DNA of 64,000 bases, taken from assembly GCF_006345805.1 (NCBI RefSeq), contig NC_043012.1:21452001-21516000 (forward strand). Reading direction: 5' to 3'. Shown piece after piece: positions 38,815 to 52,044 of this stretch (position 1 is the first letter of the stretch; every line of letters begins with the position of its first letter). The position numbers and the translations under genes were made by a program. The notes under the pieces are model-generated. The model made no database searches, was not told the DNA's origin, and worked only from the letters and a program-made list of their open reading frames with translations. Origin of the DNA: Octopus sinensis. Lineage: Eukaryota.

Positions 38815-39911
38815 TTATATCTAATCTATCTCTCTGAAAGATGCAAAGCAAGTAGCATTAAATGGTGAATGGATGTGAGCAGAAAGAGAGTAAGTTCCAT
38901 TCCAGTTTACAACAATTATAGAATTATTCTCAAACCATAAATGAAGGGTGGAGAGGAGTGAAGGAGGAGTCATGTTTCCTCTGAGAGGTTACAGAAGTAA
39001 TAAGCACTGAAAAGTGGAGTTTGCGTTATTATTTTTGTTTCATAGTTTACAATTATTTCTACAAATTCATTTTGACTTATCTTCAGTCATGTTTATAAAC
39101 GTGACCGCTGTGCCGTCCACTATAAACATTGATTAATGTCCTATATTTAAGCGGTAGACAAACACTTCAGCATATTATTTTTTGTAGAGAGTTGCGAGGG
39201 ATCATTTCTATGAACGGGGTATCTGTACAACAGATATGACTACATCATTAATTGTGGAGTCGTTTAAAAACACAATGCAAGATTAAGTCAACATGGAATT
39301 TTTGAAACAATCATAAATTGTTCTATATTTTAGAGATGAGGAATTCTGTACAATATTTACATTGGACGGATATTTGTCCTCATCTTGTTTGTTGCTACCA
39401 CAAACTTTCGGCTGATTTACCCTCCAGCCTTCATCAGGTGTCCTGGTAGAATTTTGAATCCAACCCTAGGTTCTAAGGTGCCACGCAGTGTGAATGAACC
39501 CGAAACTATGTGGCTGGTATGGCCTGTCAGGGAGTCACCATTGCTTTCGCGCCTTTTACGTTCTTAGCAGTGGGAGACGTCTATATTGCTAAGAGTATAA
39601 AAAGTGTGAAACCAATGGTAACGTCCAGACTGGTCGTAAACCACAACTACATTAGATATTACTACGATATATCTAAAAAAACATTTACTTGTCTCAGTCA
39701 TTCGACATATTCTATCGGTTAATTTCGTCGAACTTCTAAGTTGCGGGGATGGAAAGGAAGTCAATAAGCGGTTGTCTGGGACAAGCACGAAGCTAGCCCC
39801 CTCCGGCCCACAAACACGTATATACGACGGGCTTTTTTCAGTTTCCATCGTCCAAATCTATTTGACCTAGTGACCAGGCAGCAAACTTCTTGTCACACAG
39901 TCACTCCTACG

Positions 39912-39993
<82 letters not shown>

Positions 39994-40212
39994 CACGTCC
40001 CCGTAGCTTAGCGTTTTGGAAAAAGAAACCGATAGAATAAGTCCTAGGGTTCCAAAGAGTAAGTCCTGGGGTCGATTTCTATAACTAAAAAACCTTCAAA
40101 CTCTGCTTGTTGTTCTTTCACCTGTCTTCGTCGTTTGTTTTCTGTAAATTTGAACTACACACACACACACATACGCGCGCGCGCACACTCTCTCACACAC
40201 ACACGCACACAT

Positions 40213-40243
<31 letters not shown>

Positions 40244-40689
40244 GGTAAAAGATTAATGAGTGCGTGCGTTACATAAATAATATCTTCAGGATTAAATAAA
40301 AAGACAACAAACGGAAAATATGACATATCTATATATATATAATTAAAAATAAACGTATTGTAAATAACCAAACGAACACATACTAAATGCACAGGCGAAC
40401 AGAAAACACACAAGGTCACAAATTCTTCATCAGTTATCAGCAAGAGGAGTCAAATGCAATTTCGGGCATTATCGATAATATTGTTTCTTTCGCTGTTCGC
40501 AAAAAGTTCGTTTCCATATTTTCGTATTTCCTGTTGTTTTTACCTTCTGTGACGTCCTGTACCCATATATGCATATGTATATACATATATATGTAGTATA
40601 TACATACACACATACATACATACATACATACATACATACATACATACATACATGCATACATACATATATATATATATATCTATATATAT

Positions 40690-41330
40690 ATATCTATATA
40701 TATATATATATATGACATTATCTATAAACATTACAATTGTTTCGACACATTTTTACACTTGTTCATTGGTGAGATGTTGTGTAATCATTATCACCAATTC
40801 AAGGTGTGAAATGCACCTTCTTTGAGTAAGACTTTATACGAGCTTTATAGCATACCACAAGGGTTTTAACCCGTATATTTACTCGCGTATGTGTGTATAT
40901 GTATAAAAGCGGAGCAAGAGTACACACGAAGACAGAAAGTGTCGCTGAAGAGTTCACAGAGGTGTGACGAAAGATTTCCGGACGATAAACATAAATTAGA
41001 ATAAGAACAGTAATAAATGAGTGAAAAGGGAATTATATAGTGCGCCTGTTTATTTGGCAAAAAGAGGAAAAAAAATACAATATCTGTTTCAACGCACGGT
41101 TTCACATCAAGAATCTTGCAGCACACATATATAAAAGGATATATTTACAGAAAACAACAAAAGACGAAGACAGGTGCAGGAATAACAAGCAGGTGCATTA
41201 GTTTGACTGAATATATATAGAGAATACCAAACGAGTTCCCTATGGATACCGTATTTATTACAACGAGTGGCTTGTAAACGAGTTGTAATAAATACGGTAT
41301 CCATAGGGAATGAGTTTGGTATTTTATTTA
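40690..41330 (+). mobile_element. PLE-like terminal region with hammerhead motif and terminal hairpin
   Basis: CTGAAGA...GAAA...TC motif at 40941-40983. Segment 41145-41195 matches 40100-40140 in the opposite orientation. Hairpin at 41223-41323. Confidence 0.55.
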
Positions 41331-41597
41331 TTACACACGAATAACGACCATATATCTTATTAACCCAATAACTAAATTCTTCACGTTTAGTTGTAACTTA
41401 TGAATGACAAAAGTAGTACCGTCACCGTGACGTCGGGTCATCACCATGGATTGACCAATCAGAAGCAGCGCTGTGTCCCGTGACCTCGGGTCATCACCAT
41501 CGATTGACCAATCAGAAGCAGCGCTCGCAGTATCTGACATATGTTAGATACCAAAAATATCTCAGTGTTCTCACTCACATGTGTGTAATAAATAAAT

Positions 41598-41660
<63 letters not shown>

Positions 41661-41664
<4 letters not shown>

Positions 41665-42325
41665 TTTATTTTAAGCAGCAGAATTCAACAAAAATCTGTT
41701 ACTCTGATTTCTTCGTTGCCGTTCATCAGACAGTTTTTGCTAGAATGGAACCGATATATCAATTCAATCTATACTACAACGACTAACAACACCTTTAAAA
41801 AGAAATGGACTTGTTTGATTGGCCCTTTAGAAAAAACGGTCAATCTTCGAGCGATAAACAAAAAGGTCAAAAAAAAAAATATATATATATATAAAAAAAC
41901 TTATAAAAATTATAAAATCCGAGGAAAAAACCTTACATTGAATAAAATACATATTGACGTTAATGAAGAAAGTGCAAATTAATGCATAGAAATTAAACCT
42001 GTTATAAATATTACACTGCAATACATATTTATATTAAAATCTACATATATATATCAACATACATAAAATCTACATATATATATCAACATTTTTTGTGTTT
42101 TTTGTGTATGTTGATATATATATGTAGATTTTAATATAATATACATAAATACAGATATATACACTTTGTATATATACATTATATATACATATTTATATAT
42201 AGAACACACACACACATACATTATATATACATATTTATATATAGAACATACACACATACATTATATATACATATTTATATATAGAACACACACACATACA
42301 TTATATATACATATTTATATATAGA

Positions 42326-42356
<31 letters not shown>

Positions 42357-42729
42357 TATAAATGAACGCAAGAATATCTGATTCATAATATTTGTTCTCA
42401 TGCTCGTGTGTTGTTGGTGACAGACAGATACGTAAAAGAACGCCGATGTAATGGGAAGGTAAGAAACAGAGTGAGTGAAAAAGAGAGGAAATAGCGAGAG
42501 TGACAGATACTTTAAATAACGGTAGTGGAATTATCAAAGTTATAAATGAAGGGGAGTGAGAGGGTACTGGAGGAAATAGCGTGAGTGAGGAAGATGGCCC
42601 CTAACAACCACACCTTTTAAGATAGGGATTTCTAAGGTAGCCCACGAGCATCGTCACCTCATTCTACATGTCCCTGTAAATTTTGGAGCGAATCGGACGG
42701 GATTTAGTGGCATTGAAAGCGATACAAGC

Positions 42730-42767
<38 letters not shown>

Positions 42768-43013
42768 CTGAAGTTGTCTGGATATATGTTGTATGTATGT
42801 ATGTATGTATGTGTGTGTATACGTATGTATGTGTAGAGACCTCTTTTGGCTCCACCTGAGTTTTGAAACTGAATGGGTAAATTTCCCCCTAACTATAGAG
42901 CCTTATTATTTCTGTTGAGGAACAATGTTTTATTCAACCGATGGCCTTCCCACATTTGATTGATGTATTTTCTCTTGACCCATAACCCTTCTAGTTTGTA
43001 AAGGGTTTAAATA

Positions 43014-43053
<40 letters not shown>

Positions 43054-43758
43054 TATATATTATATATAGATTATATATATATAGTATATATAATAGATAT
43101 ACTTTATTTTAAGCAGCAGAAAATTCAACAAAATCTGTTACTCTGATTTCTCGTTGCCGTTCATCAGACAGTTTTTGCTAGAATGGAACCGATATATCAA
43201 TTCAATCTATACTCTTACAAACGCTACACCTTAAAAAGAAAGAAATGGACTTGTTTTGATTGGCCCTTGAGAAAAAACGGTCAATCTTCGAGCGATAAAC
43301 AAAAAGGTCAAAAAAAAATATATATATATATATAAAAAAACTTATAAAAATTATAAAATCCGAGGAAAAACCTTACATTGAATATAAAATACCTATTGAC
43401 GTTATAGAAGAAAGTGCAAATTAATGCATAGAAATTAAACCTGTTATAATATTACACTGCAATACATATTTATATTAAAATCTACACATATATATCAACA
43501 TACATAAAATCTACATATATATATCAACATTTTTTGTGTTTGTGTAGTTGATATATATATGTAGATTTTAATATAATATACATAAATACAGATATATACA
43601 CTTTGTATAATACATTATTATACATATTATATATAGAACACACACACACATACATTATATATACATATTTATATATAGAACATACACACATACATTATAT
43701 ATACATATTTTATATAGAACACACACACATACATTATATATACATATTTATATATAGA

Positions 43759-43791
<33 letters not shown>

Positions 43792-44162
43792 TATAAATGA
43801 ACGCAAGAATATCTGATTCATAATATTTGTTCTCATGCTCGGTGTTTGTTGGTGACAGACAGATACGTAAAAGAACGCCGATGTAATGGGAAGGTAAGAA
43901 ACAGAGAGGAGTGAAAAAGAGAGGAAATAGCGAGAGTGACAGATACTTTAAATAACGGTAGTGGAATTATCAAAGTTATAAATGAAGGGGAGTGAGAGGG
44001 TACTGGAGGAAATAGCGTGAGTGAGGAAGATGGCCCCTAACAACCACACTTTTAAGATAGGGATTTCTAAGGTAGCCCACGAGCATCGTCACCTCTTCTA
44101 CATGTCCCTGTAAATTTTGGAGCGAATCGGACGGGATTAGTGGCATTGAAAGCGATACAAGC

Positions 44163-44207
<45 letters not shown>

Positions 44208-44467
44208 TATCTATAAGCTGAGTTGTCTGGATATATGTATGTATGTATGTATGTATGTGTGTGTGTATACGTATGTATGTGTAGAGCCTCTTTTGGCTCC
44301 ACCTGAGTTTTGAAACTGAAGGGTAAATTTCCCCCTAACTATAGAGCCTTATTGTTCTGTTGAGGAACAATGTTTTATTCAACCGATGGCCTTCCCACAT
44401 TTGATTGATGTATTTTCCTCTTGACCCATAACCCTTCTAGTTTGTAAAGGGTTTAAATAAATAATAT
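41661..44467. repeat. ~1.4-kb tandem duplication (41661-43020 and 43099-44467)
   Basis: Colinear copies that differ mainly by small indels, joined by (TA)n. Confidence 0.9.
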
Positions 44468-46219
44468 AAGGGATCTTTACCCTTTCAACGGCAGATCGAG
44501 AAATATATTTTTTGTAACTAAACACTTTCAACCTTCGGACACTAACCCTAACCCTAATGTGTCGTATAAAACATATTTTACTTTTAATGTTACTCTTGAC
44601 CGCGGCCATGCTGGAGCCTCGCCTTTAATCGAGCAACTCGACCCCGGGACTTATTCTTTTTGTAAGCCCAGTACTTATTCTATCCTTAACCAATCATATT
44701 TTCTGTTTTCATTTGAAATTATTAGCTGCATAGTGTTAATGTGACGTAGATAGCTATTTTGTGAGTGGGTAAGCAGTAAGCAAACAGCTGTGGTAGATGT
44801 GGTTATCATGGCAGTGGTGGTGGTGGTGACAGTGGATGTGTATGATGGCAGCAATTATAGTGTTGGTGTTTTTGTAGAGGTGGTGGTGGTGGCGGCAGTG
44901 GATGATGATGATAATGATGATGATAGTAGTAGTAGTAGCATTGATTATCTTAGGATGTCTCATGGATGGTAGTGTTGGTGTGTGTGTGTGTGTGTGTATG
45001 TATGGATCAAAACAGTTTGATCCAAATTCTGTGGTACTTATATATTCATACATACATATACATGTAGATGTATATAACATATATATATTGTATGTAAACA
45101 TCTTTTATATATATATATAATGTATGCATCTATAATACACACACATTATAAATATATACACATATATGCATATGCATTAGAATATGTGTGTAGGTGTGTA
45201 TATATATATCTATATATATATAATATATATAATATATGCATATGTTTGATACATGTGTGTGTAGCTATTTAGGATCTACACAAATTTTATATATACTCCA
45301 CGAAGTTTATGATAAGCGGAGATGTTTACATGTAGTTAGCTATTTACATGTTTACGTTAACTACGTCACAAAATAGCTGTTTACGTCACAGTAACAATAT
45401 TTTGAGAGGCAGTAAATAATATGAGGTCGAAAGAAAGAATACATTGGTTAAAATTCGAATATTAAACAACGTAAACTTAGAAATTACAATTCCGTTTTCA
45501 TTTTGGTTTACAATTATGTTTTCTTTTGACACATTCTACCAGTATACGAAGTTTCAAATTGTTTAGTTAACTAGGAAAATCTGGCTTTCAAAAAGAAAAG
45601 ATCCGGTTAGCGGTGGGGGGGAAGGGTATCTTTTTTTCTTCAGAAATGTAAATAAACCCAATCTGTTTCTTAACCGAGGGACATAGTCATACGGCACAGA
45701 ATGTTTTCACCGCAATAGACGTCATTGATTGGTTGAAATTGCAGAAATTGAAGAAAAAAAACAACAAATATCTTACAAACTATAGAATTTTCTCAATAAA
45801 GCCAAGAGAAAAAGATGTTTTATAAACACATTCTACCAGTAAACGAAGTTTAACATTTTTTTAGTTACCTAGAAATTATGCTAAAAACTGCCGTTCAAAC
45901 CGAAAAGATCCGTTGGGTTTCCTTCTCTAACATTTTACTTCGTTCAACCTCCACAAGTGAATGGAGGGAAAAGCAAAATAGGAATTTTGAAAGCAGTTTC
46001 TATAAAACTAGTTTTTAAACATCGAATGGCTATGGGGATCCACAAGATTAAAATAGTAATCAAAGGAGTCCGTAGATAAAAAGAATGGTTAAGAATCCCT
46101 GGTGCAGAGGGTCCTTCGTTATCCATTGCTGCATATTTTCTCCATCTAAACTATAGCGTCGCTTGAGGGAAAAAAAAAATGACGACATCTTGGTTTATCT
46201 GATTTGACCATCAAAATAT

Positions 46220-46271
<52 letters not shown>

Positions 46272-46424
46272 TCTTTCTCTCTTTTTCTCCGTATTTATAT
46301 ATTTTATATATATATTGGCCTGCTCACTTAGCCAGCGGGGTGACGTCATTTGAAGGCTTAAAACAATGCGAAGCGCATTGTGACCAGCGATGTGTAGCAA
46401 CATCTGATAGCCTGGTCGATCACG

Positions 46425-46487
<63 letters not shown>

Positions 46488-46532
46488 ACATACATACATA
46501 CATATACAAATACTTATACCCTTATATGTGTG

Positions 46533-46564
<32 letters not shown>

Positions 46565-46981
46565 TGAGACAGTAAAAATTGTCGCTAATTTCGCTGGAGT
46601 GAATCTCAGAATGTCATCAATATCAAAAGAAAAAAAGTATAGATAACGTTAAAAGAAAGCTTAGACTTGACAATAATTTTATGTAAATAGGACAGCCTGC
46701 AGTCGGAGATAAATTTAAAATGTGGCTGACATCAGTAACAAAAACTGTAGCTTCAGTAATATATTATTTACAAATATGTGAAAACCATGTATGTCAATTA
46801 GATTACAGTAGGTGTATATACGAGCTATTGTGTGCGCATGTATGCTCTGTCACTGACTTCTAATTTTCTCTTTCTCTCTCTCTCTTCTCTCGATTTCTGT
46901 CTATGTCTCAAGGGTATTCACTCATCAATTTCCATAATACAGTATAGTGTTAATGATGTTGATTTACTTGCTTAAAACGGT

Positions 46982-47145
46982 TACCTATTTCTTTATTGCC
47001 CACAACGGGCTAAACACAGAGGGGACAAACAAGGACAGACAAACGGATTAAGTCGATTACATCGACTCCAGTGCATAACTGGTACTTATTTAATCGACCC
47101 CGAAAGGATGAAAGGCAAAGTCGACCTCGGCGGAATTTGAACTAG
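46982..47145 (-). mobile_element. SINE family C, 5'-truncated
   Basis: Tail and core match 18872-19104. Confidence 0.88.
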
Positions 47146-50100
47146 TTACCGTCTCTCTCTCTCTCTCTCTCTTCTCTTTCTCTTTCTCTTTCTCTTTCTC
47201 TCCCTCTCTCTCTCTCTCTCATTTGAAATGTCTTCTTCAAATTCTAGTTTAAAATGCAAAAACAAGCATCAAACGCATTTTGGATATCCCACGAATTCCC
47301 TTAAAGAAGATTCAGTGTTAGGGATTAACCAAAGAACCTTGTGCTACAAATGTGGTGCAAATAAACACGATCCCTTCTGATGGGTCAGTGAAAGAAGCTG
47401 GCTATAATGTAATAAGGTCCACGCAGTTTTGTACGATTCTAATAAACGATGTCATTTCCCCAGTTGAAGAGCCAATTGTTGATAACCTGTCGACGTATTT
47501 TGTCCGTGTGGATAAATATTTAAATAACATAGATCTCGCCTTCCTAGTTTCAGATGGATACAGCCGGAAGCGTGTGAGATGTGTCGATTTATAGTTACAC
47601 GAAATGAGCCGCTGGGAGCTAAATAATATCGCAATTGAAACTTCGTTGACTTTTCCGACATTTTACCCGATTTCCAATTGACTTCCAAGATCTTGAGAAA
47701 ATATTTAAGCAAAACTTGTTTTTGAAAAAAATCAAATATTGTAAAAAGATTTTATATTTATATTTTATATTTATTCTTTTACATTTGTCTTCCTACTGCA
47801 GCAACAAGAATATCAACAACACTGACAACAACAATAAGACTGGGTATTGGATAAGATGCTACATTGAATGCAAGGACATGAGTTTCGTAATGATGGTACG
47901 ACATTTGTTGGAGCATTTCCGTTCCCTTTTACAGACAATTGTTGAGACACGTACCATTTAGGTACATTTCACTAAGATTATGATTGGGTGGGGTAACAAA
48001 TTCAACGATGAGGACAACTTGATCACACTTTCACTCTCGTTTACCTTTTGGCGAAGTAACCGAATGATTATCATAGCAAACCACTAACTCTTGACGTTGT
48101 AAGTTCAAATTACACAACGGGTCATTCCCATGCCGATGTTGGAACCGAAGCAGGCAGGAAATATTCCATAAGCTCAGATTCACTTAACTGCGGACCTCTG
48201 GGACACTTACATGAAAGCAACTAGAGACCAATCCAGTGAATGACTGGGGAATCTGTTTCTCATTTGCTTGATACTTACCACACCCCCAATCTCTTCAATA
48301 TCAGCTCTTTGGAGGGCCCTGGTATTTTTTTTTTTATGAAATACACAAGAAGTCTATCCACACAACTGAATTCGTCACCCTCCATCTCCCTCCCACTGCC
48401 GCCACCGCCACTATCGTAACCACGGTGAAAGTGTATCTATGTGATATCTCAACACTTGTATGTGAAAACAATCCTTGCACTTTTCCAACAAATCTCGATG
48501 TAGCATCGTTTTGAAACCCTTGTCCCTATCATCTGCTTTCGATGTTGTATATTTTCCTACATACTCTCTTGTTGCTATCATTGTTGTTGATATTGTTGTT
48601 GCTGTAGCCGGAACACCAATGATATAAAATAAAATAAAATAAAATAATAAAAGAAACACTAAAATATTTTTACAATATTTGATTTTTTTTCGAAAATAAT
48701 CTTAATTTCGATATTTGTTAAGATCTTTGGAGAGTGCAGATATATATCGAAGTCGATTGGAAATCGGATAACTTGCCAAAAACGTTTTTATTGCAAGGAA
48801 TCAAAACTCTACACTCCTGCCATCCTTCATCGTTCTCTTTCTCACACCACTTTCTCCTCTATCACTTATTTCGCTCCTGTCACACTGTTTCTCCCATCAC
48901 ACTCTCTCTTCTATCACCCTCTCGTCCAGATTCCCTCCTCGTCACTCACTCGTATTCATTCTCTCGGTCATGTTGTCTCAAACGTGAGGAAATAACGTAG
49001 ATCATTAGAAAAATCATTACGTCCTGTCCAAGACAAGGTTACCTCTTTAGTGGTGGTGCCATGTTCTAGAACACAAAGCTGAGAGAAAGAGAGGGGCAAA
49101 GAGAGCAAGAGAGAGGGAGCAAAAGAGAAAGGAAGGAATGAAAGAACAGAAGGGAGAACAGGGAGGATAGATAGATAGATAGATTGATATTGATTTATAA
49201 AATTGATGCCTAAAATACTGTCATTCCCTCATCTTTTATGTAATTGTAGGTGGATAAAGAACACTTGGTACTTTATCAATCAACAGACTGAATTGCCTCT
49301 GTTTGGTTTATAGAGATAGAGCTATGTTCATATATATATATATATATATACTATCCTTATCTTCATCTTAACATCCATTTTTCCATGCTTGCATGGATCA
49401 GATGAGTATTTACTGAGGAAGATTGTTTATGGCTGGAAACTATTCCCTTTGCTAAGCCTCATCTGTTTGTTGGCAAGGTTATAGCTCCCCTCATGGCCAG
49501 ACATTTTCTTGCAGAATATTGGAAATGAACGACACTGCTTCTATGACAGCTATTATGGGATGTCATGTGAAGGAGACACACACACACACACACACATAAA
49601 ACAAGATTGGACAGTCACAGTTCAGCACATGCTGGATGCTAACAAGGTATTAACAAAGATCTACATGGTCCCTATAAACATACATACACACATATATACT
49701 GGCATTCTGTCGGTTATGACAATGGGTTCCAGTTGATCCAATCAATAGAAGAGCCAGCTCGTGAAATTAACTTGCAAGTGGCTGCGATACGAGTACCCTT
49801 AGTGTAGTTCTTGCGAAGAATGTGACAAGGTGGACCCTTTGAAATGCAGGTACAACACCATTTCGCCATCTGAGTGGACTGGGGCAACATGAAATAAAGT
49901 GTCTTGCTCAAGAACACAATGTGCGGCTGGAAATTGGATTTATGTCCTTACAATCGAGTGCTGAATGCTCAACCCATTAAGCCATATACATATTGTATGA
50001 TGGGCTATTTTCAGTTTCCATCTAGCAAATCCACTCAGCAGGATTTGACTGGCTTGTGCTTCATTAGGAGACACTTGCCCATAGTGCCACGCAGTGAAAC

Positions 50101-50357
50101 TGAACTCAAAACCATGACATTGGGAGGCACACTTCTCAGCCATACAACCATGTCTGCATCCAGTTGAATAAAACATTTGAGCAGTCAATGCTCATAGTTT
50201 GAGGTCTTTATTCCAGGTTTGTTTGAATGAGAAATTTCAGGATTCATTTGTAACGAAATATACAAATGCATTTCAGAAACGCAGAACCTTTAAAAAATAA
50301 ATCCACAAAATTGTTATTCTTTTGCTCAATAAATGTTGCAGTAATGTTTTAGTCTGT

Positions 50358-50975
50358 AAAGCGACGAGCTGGCAGAAGCGTTAGCACGCTGGGCGAAATG
50401 CTTAGTGGTATTTCATCTGTCTTTACGTTCTGAGTTCAAATTCCGCCGAGGTTGACTTTGCCTTTCATCCTTTCAGGATCGATAAACTAAGTACCAGTTG
50501 CGTACTGGGGTCGATCTAATCGACAAGCCCCTTCCCCAAAATTTCGGGCCTTATGCCTAGAGTAGAAAGGAATATTTGTTGCAGTTCTAGGCGGCGAGCT
50601 GGCAGAAACGTTAGCACGCCAGGCGAAATGCTTAGCAGTGTTTCGTCTGCCGCTACGTTCTGAGTTCAAGTTCCGCTGAGGTCGACTTTGCCTTTCATCC
50701 TTTCGGGGTCGATTAAATAAGTACCAGTTACGCACTGGGATCGATATAATCGACTTAATCCGTTTGTCCTCTCTGTGTTTAGCCCCTTGTGGGTAGTAAA
50801 GAAATAGGTATTTCATCTGTCCTTACGTTCTGAGTTCAAATTCCACCGAGGTCGACTTTGCCTTTCATCCTTTCGAGGTCGATAAATTAAGTACCAGTTG
50901 CGTACTGGGTCGATCTAATCGACTCGCGCCCCTCCCCAAACAATTTTGGGCCTTGTGCCTAGAGTAGAAAAGAAG
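50358..50975 (+). mobile_element. SINE family C trimer with two alternative tails
   Basis: Units at 50358-50575 (ccttatgcctagagtag tail), 50588-50807 (ccccttgtgggtagtaaag tail) and an internally started third unit to about 50975. Confidence 0.88.
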
Positions 50976-51289
50976 TATTTCAGTCTGTGAATAATCTATT
51001 TTTTAGGAAGTTTGAAGCAGGCAAACAAGTATAAGAACACAAATTTGTTAATTCAGCTTGTCTCAAGGTATTTCTTTCCATTATAGTCACAAGTCCTGAA
51101 ATATTGTCCTGAGTGGTGGGGTGGGGTACTGAATTATATCACCCACAGCACTCAACTGGTACTTATTCTTCTCAATTTGAAAGGATGAAAGGCAAAGGCA
51201 ACCATTCAGAATTTGAACTCAGAATATAAAACCACAAAAATACTGCAAGGCATTTTATCCAGCGTCCCAATGATTCCCCCAGCTCACCA

Positions 51290-51660
51290 TCATCACCATC
51301 GTTTAACGTCCGTTTTTGATGCTGGCTTGAGCTGGACGGTTTGACTGAGGTCTGGCAAGCCAGTGGGCTGTGCCAGGCTCCAATCTGATCTGGCAATGTT
51401 TCTACAGCTGGATGCCCTTCCTAATGCCAAACACTCCGAGAATGTAGTGGGTGCTTTTTACGTGCCACCGGCATGGGAGCTAGTTAGACGGCACTGGCAT
51501 CGGCCACTATCTGATGGTGCTTTTTGCATGCCACTGGCATGGGAGCCAGTCAGGCAGCACTGGCACGACCCACACATGATTGGTGCTTATTGCAGTCGGG
51601 TGGCACTGGTATCGGCTACAACTACAATTTCCATTTGATTGTGATTTCAATTTTACTTGA
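51290..51660 (-). mobile_element. SINE-like family D with (TGA)n tail; related pieces at 21890-22066, 49365-49520, 52690-52845 and 58700-58890
   Basis: Shared ggttggcattaggaagggcatccagc and catccaacccatgccagcatggaaa..gg.cgttaaa.gatgatg motifs. Confidence 0.6.
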
Positions 51661-51755
51661 CTCAAAGGTACTTTTTAAATGAGTGACACTGGTGTAGGCT
51701 ACAGCTGCGATCTCACTTTACTTGCCATGTCTTCTCAATCACAGCATATCATTTC

Positions 51756-51786
<31 letters not shown>

Positions 51787-52044
51787 TAATAATAATCCTT
51801 TCTACCAGAAGCACAAGGCCTCAGATTTGGGTGAACGAATTAAGACAATTACATCAACCCCAGTGCATAACTGGTACTCATTTAATCGACTCCTACAGAA
51901 TGAAAGGGAAAGTCGACCTCGGCAGAACTTGAACTCAGAACATAAAGACAGACAAAATACCACTAAGCATTTCACCCGGCATGCTAACATTTCTGCCAGT
52001 TCACTACCTTTATACTACTACTACTAATAATAATAATAAAAATA

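Noticed and set aside
40425-40445. CTGATGA on the minus strand in a TA-embedded element
   Set aside because: No downstream stem II or GAAA.
48200-48330. Minus-strand GTAAGT donors near 48206 and 48275 suggesting small exons
   Set aside because: No convincing acceptors or recognisable peptide.
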